A program made the position numbers and the translations under genes. From a virus (lineage: Duplodnaviria; Caudoviricetes), in IMG/VR virus record IMGVR_UViG_3300047567_000025, positions 96,001-160,000 of that record: DNA of 64,000 nucleotides. One strand, 5' to 3'. The notes beneath the pieces are model-generated. The model saw only the letters and a program-made list of their open reading frames with translations. It was not told the DNA's origin and made no database searches. How positions within the stretch are numbered: the stretch's first letter is position 1; every line of letters begins with the position of its first letter. Below, piece after piece: positions 1-10,435 of the stretch.

Positions 1-725
1 TCTGATTTGACATATAACTTGTCGAATTCAGTATATATTTTGTCAAATATTTTGATATAATAAATGCCAAACTTTTTACATGTATTCTTCATCATGGAAT
101 CTTTACGATGCTCAATATCTCGATTGTGTATCATAAATGACTCATTAAATCCAGATTGTTTAATTTCGACCTCCAGATTTAGCGATGGTATGTAAAAGTC
201 AGGAATGTATAGATGCTGTGTACCATCTTCCCACTTGTACCAATAATTATTCGGAGATGGTGCTATTATATCAGCAGGAGACCAGTTAAGCGCATGTAGA
301 TGATCAAGAAAATCTACTTCATATGTGCCTATTACACGAAATTTATACTTTTCATTCCAAATATAATCATGTGCATTCGCATGGTTATATATCATTTTTC
401 GTTGCATATCAGCATCATTTAGCATATGCTCTTTACCATATACTTTCATCATTCGTTCTTTCATCATTCTCGTGTATGCCTCTTTACATGCTGGATCATC
501 ACATATTCTTTCGTATTTTAATGATTCTGTATTAAAATGAACATAATGCTTATGACATTCTGTACATAATCTGCCAATAGGCTTATTTACCAAGAGTGAA
601 TATGCAAACTCCAGAGGATCACATTCATCTGGTATTTGATCATTATGTTTCATAGCAATATGATTGCAATATTTTTGCTTATCGTTAAATATCATAGAGC
701 AAAAATAGCATCTTGTATTACGCAT
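1..725 (-). CDS. C2H2-type zinc finger + PD-(D/E)xK (TnsA-like) endonuclease; partial, runs off the window start
   Basis: Not in the ORF track. Manual translation from ATG 725 (SD GGAGG at 734-738, minus strand): MRNTRCYFCSMIFNDKQKYCNHIAMKH... later YIPDFYIPSLNLEVEIK; open to the window edge. Confidence 0.7.
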   Translation of the reverse strand, partial: MRNTRCYFCSMIFNDKQKYCNHIAMKHNDQIPDECDPLEFAYSLLVNKPIGRLCTECHKHYVHFNTESLKYERICDDPACKEAYTRMMKERMMKVYGKEHMLNDADMQRKMIYNHANAHDYIWNEKYKFRVIGTYEVDFLDHLHALNWSPADIIAPSPNNYWYKWEDGTQHLYIPDFYIPSLNLEVEIKQSGFNESFMIHNRDIEHRKDSMMKNTCKKFGIYYIKIFDKIYTEFDKLYVKS

Positions 726-756
726 ATTATGTACCTCCAATATATATATGATTGAT

Positions 757-770
757 TTAGATTGTGGTTT
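757..770 (-). promoter_or_regulatory. putative late promoter AAAC-N7-TAA
   Basis: AAACCACAATCTAA about 30 nt upstream of ATG 725; same motif recurs before other genes. Confidence 0.5.
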
Positions 771-832
771 CGTATGTATGGCAATTAATCAAAAAAAATA
801 AAAAATAATCATAGTATTATTGTATAGCTTTA

Positions 833-1710
833 ATTAGCTTACTTTTTTAGCTTATTAATCTTTAATTATCTAATATCTTTAATTACTCATCCTTCTTTCA
901 CTGATGTAATTATCACTATATTACATCAACCCCTACATTATAAAAATATATGTTTAGAAAATAAAAAAATAGAAATAGAAATAGAAATGTAATATTAGCT
1001 TATTTAGTTTTAATTAGTTAATATCACAACTTTTCCATTGATGTAATTATCACTATATTACATCAACCCCTACATTATAAAAATATATGTTTAGAAAATA
1101 AAAAAATAGAAATAGAAATAGAAATGTAATATTAGCTTATTAGCTTATTAATCTTTAATTATCTAATATCCTCACCTCTTTCACTGATGTAATTATCACT
1201 ATATTACATCAACCCCTACATTATAAAAATATATGTTTAGAAAATAAAAAAATAGAAATAGAAATGTAATATTAGCTTATTTAGTTTTAATTAGTTAATA
1301 TCACAACTTTTCCACTGATGTAATTATCACTATATTACATCAACCCCTACATTATAAAAATATATGTTTAGAAAATAAAAAAATAGAAATAGAAATGTAA
1401 TATTAGCTTATTAAGCTTATTAGCTTATTAATCTTTAATTATCTAATATCCTCACCTCTTTCACTGATGTAATTATCACTATATTACATCAACCCCTACA
1501 TTATAAAAATATATGTTTAGAAAATAAAAAAATAGAAATAGAAATGTAATATTAGCTTATTAGCTTATTAGCTTATTAATCTTTAATTATCTAATATCCT
1601 CACCTCTTTCACTGATGTAATTATCACTATATTACATCAACCCCTACATTATAAAAATATATGTTTAGAAAATAAAAAAATAGAAATTAAGAAATAGAAA
1701 TGTAATATTA
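833..1710 (-). repeat. tandem array 1: six 131-149 bp promoter-hairpin units
   Basis: Invariant core TGATGTAATTATCACTATATTACATCAACCCCTACATTATAAAAATATATGTTTAGAAAATAAAAAAATAGAAAT starts at 902, 1039, 1185, 1316, 1465, 1613. Confidence 0.97.
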
Positions 1711-1759
1711 TTTATAATTATTCAATATTTCGATAAAGAATGTTATATTGCTTTTATAA

Positions 1760-1773
1760 AAACTCACAGATAA
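1760..1773 (+). promoter_or_regulatory. putative late promoter AAAC-N7-TAA
   Basis: AAACTCACAGATAA upstream of the structural operon starting at 1826. Confidence 0.5.
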
Positions 1774-1825
1774 CTTCTTATGTACTATATTAACATAAGG
1801 AAATTATTATATGAAAAGGAGATAA

Positions 1826-4303
1826 TTGATCATGGCAATTAAAATTAAAATACCACATGAGAAAGATTGTGCTGATACAAAACCATTCAAATTCAGTGAT
1901 TCATTTCTTGATAGTTTTAAGAACATTTCCGACGTATATGACACTTCTCTCAAAGAATTAGATAATGCCATATACAATGATTCGGCTAAATTCGCATATG
2001 GAATTTGTAATTGCACATACAAGCTTAGATATATTACGCCAAACGATATATCTACGTATATATCTTGTTTATCAAAAGGATTAAACAGTTGCATGTTCAC
2101 AACACTTGCTGATATTCACATGTTTACCACAGCATCAATTAAGCGATGCATGGAAGACAACGACTGTTTGTCTTTTGAATCAACTGAGGATATCACGACA
2201 GGCGGAGGTAATAATTTTGGAGGTAAATATGTTAATCCAAAAGAATATACCATGTCGGATCTAATCAATATGTGTAAAGATGATTATATTAATACAATGA
2301 TATGTTCTCGTTATGAAGTGGCCGAGCGTGCAAAAAATGTTAAAGAGATTGCTGATATGTTTAAAAAGATGCGTTTTGGAATAACACTAAAGAATATCGT
2401 TGATAATTTTCCAGTACTTATTAAACAATCAGAATCATTGAAGATGTTGCTTAGTAATCCTAATTGCAAAGAAGTATTCACAACGTTTGTAGAATCATTT
2501 ATTATATTTGCATTTTCGCTGAATATAATAACTATAAAAAGTATAATGGATTATTGCAAACCATCAACAACTTATGATGTCATACCTGAAAATGATAATA
2601 GTAAGAAGCTAATAACAGAATGCTGCCTGCTTAAAACAAATGATATGTGTATTCGTAATAAGATACCATTTAATTGCAATATGCGTGATGTAGTTCTTCA
2701 GGATGTGCATCCTAGATTCAATGATACTAAATCAGCATTACAATTCATTCTTAATGATGCCAGATCTCCTATCAGCATTCTTATTAACAAATATAGCAAA
2801 TGTGAAGGATGTACTTGTCCCATAGATTCAGAATATATTTATCGGATGTTTATTGGTCATACTAAGTTTTCAGATAAAGATAAGATGACAGCAGGTCTAT
2901 GGACTGATAAAAAAGGACATAGTACAGAAAATCCATATGATAAATATTGTGTACATACGAACGTTGAATGGCTTGACAAGATAGCATATGGCAACAATTA
3001 TCTGGATGGAAACTATCGTGATGATGCAGTTGGCAATGAGCACGTTAATCCTATAACAAAAACACTTGATACGATATACAAAATGTTTGGCGGATGTGAG
3101 TTAACATCTAATTCTGATCTTGCTGATAATCTTAAACAAGTAGCATCGATGATGCTCTGTATCATTGATGCATATCCAGAAGAAGGCATTGAAAATTGGG
3201 ATCTTGTTAAAGATATACTTGCTGTATTCGGTGAAATATTTACAAGAAATATGCTAAAATTATATTATAATAATACAAGAGTATTCGTATTCGATGATAA
3301 ATCGGAAGATACAATGGTCCCGGGATACCTATACACGGAAAGTTATTATATGGAAGCTGATGATAAAACAGCGACAACTGTATCATTTAAGAACCCAGAT
3401 GGTTCAGATATTGCAGGTGGCTCTTCTGCTAAACTCGTAATCGGTAATGCTAATCGTAGATTTACAGATTGGGTAAGAAATACATTATCAAAGTTTTTCA
3501 CAAAGTTTAATGAAAATCATAAAATGGAAATTGATTATATTTCCAAAAATGATGAGATGAACAAAAATATTGCTACTGCAATTACCAATGGATCTTTTGT
3601 TCCGGTTGTCTCTAACTTTCCAAAATTTAAAGTTCCTGCTGGAGAGTTATCACGAGTTAATATCAGTAATATCGTAACAAAGTATATGTCATCTAAAAAT
3701 GCAATAGATGAAAAATCTGTTCTCAAAGAAATGCTACCTACTGGAATTGGTGATGCAGCAATTTCTACGATGGTTAATGATGAGAATACTGCTAAAGAAT
3801 ATATAACGAATTATATATTATATTCAACGACAAACAAACCCGACAGTTATACAGGAAAATTAACGGTTGATTTATGGAATGACTTGCTTGATAATATTAA
3901 AGGATCACCGAAATTAATTGAAACAGAATCAAAAGCTATTTCAGATGATTTAGCAAAAGCATGCGAAATGTTAAATAGTAAGATAAACGAAACTGCCAAT
4001 AATAGCCAAACTAAGGATGCAAATGCAAATGCAACAGCTGAAACTGATAATGCGCAAACATTATTGACTATCGTGCAAAAAATTTCTAGAATATATCAGA
4101 CAAATATGCTGAATACATTCAATAGCAAATTATTTGGTTCATGTTACAAAATATATCGTGATATTGTCGCTGGATATAAGCAGCAAGGCTCTCCAGTTAA
4201 ACAAGCAACGCCAGCACCAGCACAGCAACAGCAGTCGGCAACATCAAATACAAATAGCAATAATACACAAGCAAACAAGGAAGACATTAGTGTACCCGTA
4301 TAA
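1826..4303 (+). CDS. putative virion head/internal protein (825 aa)
   Basis: Long ORF with SD GGAG; contains LITE|C and LYTE|SYYME|A maturation-like motifs; first gene of a co-oriented operon. Confidence 0.55.
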   Translation: MIMAIKIKIPHEKDCADTKPFKFSDSFLDSFKNISDVYDTSLKELDNAIYNDSAKFAYGICNCTYKLRYITPNDISTYISCLSKGLNSCMFTTLADIHMFTTASIKRCMEDNDCLSFESTEDITTGGGNNFGGKYVNPKEYTMSDLINMCKDDYINTMICSRYEVAERAKNVKEIADMFKKMRFGITLKNIVDNFPVLIKQSESLKMLLSNPNCKEVFTTFVESFIIFAFSLNIITIKSIMDYCKPSTTYDVIPENDNSKKLITECCLLKTNDMCIRNKIPFNCNMRDVVLQDVHPRFNDTKSALQFILNDARSPISILINKYSKCEGCTCPIDSEYIYRMFIGHTKFSDKDKMTAGLWTDKKGHSTENPYDKYCVHTNVEWLDKIAYGNNYLDGNYRDDAVGNEHVNPITKTLDTIYKMFGGCELTSNSDLADNLKQVASMMLCIIDAYPEEGIENWDLVKDILAVFGEIFTRNMLKLYYNNTRVFVFDDKSEDTMVPGYLYTESYYMEADDKTATTVSFKNPDGSDIAGGSSAKLVIGNANRRFTDWVRNTLSKFFTKFNENHKMEIDYISKNDEMNKNIATAITNGSFVPVVSNFPKFKVPAGELSRVNISNIVTKYMSSKNAIDEKSVLKEMLPTGIGDAAISTMVNDENTAKEYITNYILYSTTNKPDSYTGKLTVDLWNDLLDNIKGSPKLIETESKAISDDLAKACEMLNSKINETANNSQTKDANANATAETDNAQTLLTIVQKISRIYQTNMLNTFNSKLFGSCYKIYRDIVAGYKQQGSPVKQATPAPAQQQQSATSNTNSNNTQANKEDISVPV

Positions 4304-4330
4304 TTTTAAAACGAAAGGAGAATATATCTA

Positions 4331-6724
4331 ATGGATTTAAATAGTACATCAAGTAGCATGCTTTCGTCAACAGACATGCAATTGGCTATTGACAAAGCTA
4401 TTAGCGAATCAGATAATATAGTATCAGCACTCGAAGCTGTTGGTGCAATGTATGGAATTCCTTCAACAAATATACTTATCGATGATAGTCTTAATAACCT
4501 CAAGGTGGTCAATGATTGTGTTTGCGCTCCTTCGCATATTACAAATGTAGCCGGTAACAAAAAAGCTATCATGTGTGCGATCGGTAGTGTTCTTGATTTT
4601 ATATCGCAGAGGGTAGATGATAAACTCGATAATTATCAGCTGAATAATATCAGCAAAGGTAAAATTGATGATTCTATTCGAATAAATGCAAATCCATCAA
4701 AAGGAAATGCTATTGCGCGTTATGAGGACAGCAATGGTGATGAAATCCTCGTATATGATTCAGGATTAGTTGACACTGCAAATACCCCAGAAGCATATGA
4801 AAAAATTAAGCAACTTCGCCAAGATATGAAAATACCAGAGCATGATAATATAATGAATAAAGCATCATATTTTAATGATGAAGATGATATATCAGCTGAT
4901 ACTACATCATCAACAGATGACATTAGTGATGATAGCACTACTGATGTCTCTGACGATATTCAAGAATCAGCAATGATACTTGATCTTATTGACCATTTTA
5001 ATGGGACTCGATATCTTGGATATGATCTGCTTCAGGAACAAGGCTTTGATTATATAAGACCAATAACATCTATTGTTCAAGAGTCATCATCAGAAAAGAG
5101 TAATAAGAATATTATATCAGCCGAGGATATTAAATACATGAAGTTTGACAATACAAACATCATTAATGCTATTAAATATTTTAATGAAGCTCGTGCTGAA
5201 CAGCCATATGCTAAAAAAGGTCATTTTGATATTAAGAAATTTATTAATTCAGAGAATTACAATAAAGCAATAGATTGTCTCAACAAACAGTTCAATGCAA
5301 AAATTAATGTGCGATTTGCTCAACCGGATCGCAATGTTTCTCAATTGTATACAAGCATCTGGAGTGATGTTCGTCATAATCTAACAATATCAAAATCAAA
5401 GGGATTTCAGTTGAATGGGTTGCCTATTGATATTTTCGTTATTGGAAAATCGATTGATGAAGATGCACCTGATGATATATCATTATTTGGTCAAAATGTG
5501 GTTTCTACATTTTGTCATGAAATATTTCATAATATAGCAGCTGTTCTACGAGAGAAAACAACGACGACTATGCAATCTCTTAATTTGGCACTAATGATAG
5601 CGTCTGGACAAAATAATGCAAAGAATCGACGTATCGTTATTTCAAATTATGTCAACTCTCTTGATGAATTTAATGGAAAAAAATTAAATCGTTTAACAAA
5701 GAGAATCCTTGTAAAGAATCTAGTTGTAATAACAGCCGTACAACATGACCAAAATGCACTTAACGAATTAGAGACAACCATTCGTGATTCAAATGGTGCA
5801 AATGCAAACAAAGATATTGATAACTTAATTAAAAAATATACTAAAATCATTAAACGTAACAAGCCTTCCGTAAAAGGATATGCTATTAAAGGTCTCCTCA
5901 TGGCAACATCAATTATACTATTTTATTTCAATCCATTTGCAGCAGCAGGAATTCAGTCTGAATTATTCGCAGGTATTGCTGGTTTACTAGGACTGACAAC
6001 TGCTGGTCAAATAACGAACGACATATCGACAATGGCACTCAGAAGGATGTATGAATCGTCAAATCATTATGAAGAATTTTATTGTGACATGTTTGCTGGA
6101 ATGTATAAATTACCTATAACATTCTTTATTGGTACAAAGCGAGAGTTTACTCCTAACGATGTTGACAAAGACCATTTAAATAGACTAGCTAACGTTGAAA
6201 AAGAGTTTTATTCAACACTAATGGCATCTTATCCAACTATGATGGAAAGAAACTATACTGGTGTTCGTATTGCAAAAAATCTTCTTGAAAATGGCGATGA
6301 TCTTGATCCATCAATAAAGAAATATTGTCAGTGGATAGTTGATAATTTTTCTTCAACACTTGATACTGATATTGGAGAGATATATAATCAGAACACATTC
6401 GATCCAAAGACAGCTGATGATCTTGATACACATTTGCAGCAGCTTATTGATAAAAATAGTATTGTACTTTCAGAGTCTTTTGTTACGTGGATTGGTGATA
6501 CCTCATCTGTTATTATGGAATCAGACGAGCGTGTCAATGACAAAGGCACTCCTGTTCCTGAGAAATGTCCAATATGTGGTAGTAAAGTAGGAGTATATCT
6601 CAGGGGTGAACCTGTTTGGTTATGTACCAATAAGAAATGCAATAAATATTTCGGTACATTACCTTTTCAAGAAGGATATGAAGAAACATCACAGCCAATA
6701 ATTACACATAAAAGGAGATATTAA
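4331..6724 (+). CDS. virion protein with zincin-like HExxH metallopeptidase domain and C-terminal zinc ribbon
   Basis: FCHEIFH, downstream EEFYCDMFA, hydrophobic hairpin, C-terminal CPICG...WLCTNKKC; acidic tract followed by IQE|S and VQE|S. Confidence 0.6.
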   Translation: MDLNSTSSSMLSSTDMQLAIDKAISESDNIVSALEAVGAMYGIPSTNILIDDSLNNLKVVNDCVCAPSHITNVAGNKKAIMCAIGSVLDFISQRVDDKLDNYQLNNISKGKIDDSIRINANPSKGNAIARYEDSNGDEILVYDSGLVDTANTPEAYEKIKQLRQDMKIPEHDNIMNKASYFNDEDDISADTTSSTDDISDDSTTDVSDDIQESAMILDLIDHFNGTRYLGYDLLQEQGFDYIRPITSIVQESSSEKSNKNIISAEDIKYMKFDNTNIINAIKYFNEARAEQPYAKKGHFDIKKFINSENYNKAIDCLNKQFNAKINVRFAQPDRNVSQLYTSIWSDVRHNLTISKSKGFQLNGLPIDIFVIGKSIDEDAPDDISLFGQNVVSTFCHEIFHNIAAVLREKTTTTMQSLNLALMIASGQNNAKNRRIVISNYVNSLDEFNGKKLNRLTKRILVKNLVVITAVQHDQNALNELETTIRDSNGANANKDIDNLIKKYTKIIKRNKPSVKGYAIKGLLMATSIILFYFNPFAAAGIQSELFAGIAGLLGLTTAGQITNDISTMALRRMYESSNHYEEFYCDMFAGMYKLPITFFIGTKREFTPNDVDKDHLNRLANVEKEFYSTLMASYPTMMERNYTGVRIAKNLLENGDDLDPSIKKYCQWIVDNFSSTLDTDIGEIYNQNTFDPKTADDLDTHLQQLIDKNSIVLSESFVTWIGDTSSVIMESDERVNDKGTPVPEKCPICGSKVGVYLRGEPVWLCTNKKCNKYFGTLPFQEGYEETSQPIITHKRRY

Positions 6725-6725
6725 A

Positions 6726-7817
6726 ATGGATAGTACTCTTTCTTATACCAGAATTCATGATGACGTCCTCTCATCGATAGATGATATAGATGATGTTGTT
6801 CTCGAATCCGAGTTTAGTGTTCTAAATGCAATGCTTGATTCTTATAACAAAGCAACCATAATCATGGAAAACTATAATGGTGATGCAATTGATTCATTCT
6901 CTATTTTTCAAGAAGAAGGGATTCTTGATGAAGCGACTGGTAAAAAATCAGAAGCATTAATCACCCGAATATTAGCATTTATACCTCGACTTATTATGGC
7001 TATTGGTAAACGACTTATTGGATGTAGTAAAAATGAGGATATAAAAGAAGCAGCTGTTATTATTAAAGATGAGGAAACGAATGAAGCGCCAATGACACCT
7101 GAAGAAAAAACACGTGTTCAGAAATGGCGCGAAGAACATTCTGACAGTACTGTCGACATTGATGGTGCTAAAAATAAATTTTTAAAATTCACTGGAAATA
7201 TTAAAGAAAAATGTCATCTATTATCTGTAACAAAAGATCTGTTCGCAAGAATTCATGAAGTACTTGACAAAGATGAGCCTTCGGCTTATCGAGATCTTAG
7301 CAAAGAATTTAAAGACATCGCATCTAAAAATAAAGGTTTTTCAGCACAAACAGTGTCAATTGCGTTTAGTGCTGCTTCTCAACTTTTTAATGATGCAGGA
7401 CTTCTTGCTGATGAAGCTGGTAGTGCTGCTCTTGAAGCAGGGAAAAAACTCACGGATGTTATCAATGCTAAAATTAATGATCCTAATGCAAATGAAAAAA
7501 CATTAGAAAAACAGATTGCTATAAAAGAATTAGCCGACTCAATAAATGCAGTTGGATCTGTTGCATCTGACACAGTTAAATCTATTAATGACGGTGCTGG
7601 TTTTGTTAAATGGGTATGGGGACATTCAAAGAGTAAATATGAAGGAGGCAAGAAAAAGAAACTTAAAAAAGAAATCGATTCTGTTAAGAAGCAGATCAAA
7701 GCATATGAAAAGAGTAAAGTTGACGCTAAAGAAATTGAGAAGCTTCGTAAAAAACTTGCTGATTATGAAGCTAAACTTGCTAATATGAAGGATGGAAATG
7801 ACAATGACACAGACTGA
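6726..7817 (+). CDS. putative head/inner-body protein, paralog 1
   Basis: N-terminal ~95 aa similar to the next ORF (DSY.KA..IMENYNGD...FSIFQE..ILDEA.G...RIL.FIPRLI). Confidence 0.6.
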   Translation: MDSTLSYTRIHDDVLSSIDDIDDVVLESEFSVLNAMLDSYNKATIIMENYNGDAIDSFSIFQEEGILDEATGKKSEALITRILAFIPRLIMAIGKRLIGCSKNEDIKEAAVIIKDEETNEAPMTPEEKTRVQKWREEHSDSTVDIDGAKNKFLKFTGNIKEKCHLLSVTKDLFARIHEVLDKDEPSAYRDLSKEFKDIASKNKGFSAQTVSIAFSAASQLFNDAGLLADEAGSAALEAGKKLTDVINAKINDPNANEKTLEKQIAIKELADSINAVGSVASDTVKSINDGAGFVKWVWGHSKSKYEGGKKKKLKKEIDSVKKQIKAYEKSKVDAKEIEKLRKKLADYEAKLANMKDGNDNDTD

Positions 7818-9045
7818 AATACTAGAATCAATTGATCAAATCGAAAATGTAATTACTGAATCAGAAGTTAATGTTACATTGGCAATTATAGATTCTTATC
7901 AGAAAGCATTAACCATCATGGAAAACTATAATGGTGATGATTATTCATCATTCTCTATTTTTCAGGAAGGAGCTATTCTTGATGAAGCTAGGGGCGCTAA
8001 AGACGAAAATATGATTAAACGTATTCTTCTTTTTATACCAAGACTTATACAAGCTCTTGGTAAAGCATTAATGAATGTTATCAAAAAGAGTAATACCGAT
8101 ACGTCAAAACAAGAAGCTGTTAAGGATTTTTTTGATAATATGGATCAGTATTCTGATGATACTATTCAAAAAGCTGAAAATGATATTAATGAAAAAATTG
8201 CCGAAACTGGTAAGAAAGTTTCATTTGATAAAAAGAAAAAGACAATGTCTTTCAAAGATATCAATTGGAAATTCCATATTAAGTCAGTATGGTCAGTCGT
8301 AAAAGCAATTAAGCGTCTTAAAGATGAATTTAATCTAAAAGATCCTGAAAATCCGATTAGACAGTTCGTAGATGAATGTAAATCTATTAAGAGTGGCTAT
8401 AAAAAACCCGGACTTGATACAACTGCTTATGGCGCGATCGCATTTGCATCACTTGTACAAGATTTTATAAGTGCTTCAGAAGCATTATCATATACCTCAA
8501 TTGAAGTAAGTACCGCCATGGAAAACATCATTGAACATGATGAAAATAAAGGTGAACTTGCATCTGAAAAGAAACAAAAAGTCTGTGCAAGTGTTAAGCA
8601 GGTATCAAATCAAATAGCAATGGTGCAGGGTGAAATCCTAAATAATATAGAAGTACTTAATACTGTGACATCTGTGATAGAAAAAGTACATTCGACCGCA
8701 AAAACAGTTCTCAACATTGCTTATCCATTTAACAGTATTAATTTATTATTTTCACAGGTATCGAATGAGAATAAGAGTATCGTCGAATTTTTAAAAAATA
8801 ACAGTATTCGACCAAACAAACCACTTACCGATTTGGATAAGAAATACCTTGATGACGCAACAAACTGGATAATTGAAAACGAAAAATATCCAAATGAAAC
8901 AAAGAATGACTATATGAGACGTTACTTCAGAGATGGCATTGAGCGCGGTTCTTTATTACAATTCGCAAAAGATATAAAAGGTGGTATATCTGCTAAGGTC
9001 GACTACTTTATGAAAAAAGCACAAGAAAAACGTGAATCGAGGTGA
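7792..9045 (+). CDS. putative head/inner-body protein, paralog 2
   Basis: Shares its N-terminal propeptide-like domain with 6726..7817. Confidence 0.6.
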   Translation: MEMTMTQTEILESIDQIENVITESEVNVTLAIIDSYQKALTIMENYNGDDYSSFSIFQEGAILDEARGAKDENMIKRILLFIPRLIQALGKALMNVIKKSNTDTSKQEAVKDFFDNMDQYSDDTIQKAENDINEKIAETGKKVSFDKKKKTMSFKDINWKFHIKSVWSVVKAIKRLKDEFNLKDPENPIRQFVDECKSIKSGYKKPGLDTTAYGAIAFASLVQDFISASEALSYTSIEVSTAMENIIEHDENKGELASEKKQKVCASVKQVSNQIAMVQGEILNNIEVLNTVTSVIEKVHSTAKTVLNIAYPFNSINLLFSQVSNENKSIVEFLKNNSIRPNKPLTDLDKKYLDDATNWIIENEKYPNETKNDYMRRYFRDGIERGSLLQFAKDIKGGISAKVDYFMKKAQEKRESR

Positions 9046-9050
9046 TTAAT

Positions 9051-9134
9051 ATGAAATATGCATCAATTAATGAAGCACCAAATGATGAAATTGGCGCTGA
9101 AACAGAAGCAGAACTTTCAAATGGCAAAGGCTAA
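9051..9134 (+). CDS. 27-aa acidic peptide upstream of the endolysin
   Basis: SD GAGGTG, then ATG; MKYASINEAPNDEIGAETEAELSNGKG*. Confidence 0.45.
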   Translation: MKYASINEAPNDEIGAETEAELSNGKG

Positions 9135-9192
9135 TTAAATTTGCAAATCACATCAGCAATCTTTCAAAAAAATATCAATTGGAGGTATTTAA

Positions 9193-10365
9193 ATGAGTAA
9201 TTCTAGTTTAGCAACATACGTTGCGATATCACCATTCAGGAATGATGATCGTATTGATGACAATGGTATTAAGCATTCTATTAAAAAACTAACATGGCAT
9301 CATATGGCAGGCGTGTTGAGCGTCGAGACATTTGGTAATATCGTAACTAGAGCAGGTGCTGAGATGTCAGCAACATATGCCATTGGCTCTGATGCTAGAG
9401 TTGGAAGATATCTCGATGAAAAAGATAGACCATGGACGTCGTGTTCACCGAGTAATGACTATCAGGCTGTGACAATTGAAATATCTAATTCGTCTATGGG
9501 AGAACCATGGCCGATATCAGATGCCGTGCTTGAGAAAGCAATTGACTTGAGTGTTGATATATGTCAGCGCAATGGTATCAAGAATCTCGTATATACTGGA
9601 GATAGTACAGGTAATTTCACATTTCATTATATGTTTGCTGACACAGCATGTCCGGGAACATATATCAAGAGCAAAGCTAATGAAATTGTCAAGCGTATAA
9701 ATGATAAGCTTAATTCATCCGCAAAAGTATCATCACCTACAATTGTAAAAGTAACTTCTTCTTCAAATCCTAAAGCATACAAAAAAGACGACCTCGTAAG
9801 TATTTCAGCAGATGCAACATACTATACAGGTGATTCTATACCAGGCTGGGTAAAATCACAAAAATGGCATATCTCTGAAATATCAGGAGACAGGGTTGTT
9901 CTTGGTAAAAATGAAAGCGGCGATCGAGATATTCAGTCTCCTATAAGCACTAAATTTCTGATTGGTCAGACAGCACCGGCAGCATCACCGTCATTCAAGC
10001 CGTATGTTGTTGGTCTTGCTGCATCAACACCAATTTATACTGATGCATCAGGAGCTAAAGTTTCAGGTAGAATTAATCCTGATGGTGTTTATACAATAAT
10101 AGCAGAACAAGTAACTCGTGGTATAAAGTATGGTAAACTTAAGTCTGGTGCAGGCTGGGTTAACCTCAGTACTAAGTTTGATCCAACAATACATGTTGGT
10201 GATAACGTAAGAGTTACATCAGCAATTCAGTATAATGGTAATCCATTCAAAGTATATGTATCGTCATATAAAGTTCTTCAGCTAGATGGTAATCGAGCTG
10301 TAATTTCATCTGATGGTAAAAATGTTACAGCAGCAGTTAATACAGCTAACCTTCAGAAACTTTAA
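9193..10365 (+). CDS. N-acetylmuramoyl-L-alanine amidase (Amidase_2) endolysin with C-terminal cell-wall binding domains
   Basis: Zn-amidase motifs TWHHMAG, AVTIE, HYMFADTACPG; SH3-like GKLKSGAGWVNL. Confidence 0.85.
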   Translation: MSNSSLATYVAISPFRNDDRIDDNGIKHSIKKLTWHHMAGVLSVETFGNIVTRAGAEMSATYAIGSDARVGRYLDEKDRPWTSCSPSNDYQAVTIEISNSSMGEPWPISDAVLEKAIDLSVDICQRNGIKNLVYTGDSTGNFTFHYMFADTACPGTYIKSKANEIVKRINDKLNSSAKVSSPTIVKVTSSSNPKAYKKDDLVSISADATYYTGDSIPGWVKSQKWHISEISGDRVVLGKNESGDRDIQSPISTKFLIGQTAPAASPSFKPYVVGLAASTPIYTDASGAKVSGRINPDGVYTIIAEQVTRGIKYGKLKSGAGWVNLSTKFDPTIHVGDNVRVTSAIQYNGNPFKVYVSSYKVLQLDGNRAVISSDGKNVTAAVNTANLQKL

Positions 10366-10383
10366 TTATTAAAATGATTATAA

Positions 10384-10407
10384 TGTACCGGGGTTTCCCC
10401 CGGTACA
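10384..10407. terminator. intrinsic terminator hairpin
   Basis: TGTACCGGGG-TTTC-CCCCGGTACA after the amidase, with AT-rich flanks. Confidence 0.75.
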
Positions 10408-10435
10408 ATTATAATTAAAGAAAGGATTTCTAATT

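Noticed and set aside
833-1710. CRISPR array interpretation of the repeat arrays
   Set aside because: The conserved part is 75-100 bp, the intervening segments are variants of two sequences rather than unique spacers, and no cas genes are in the window.
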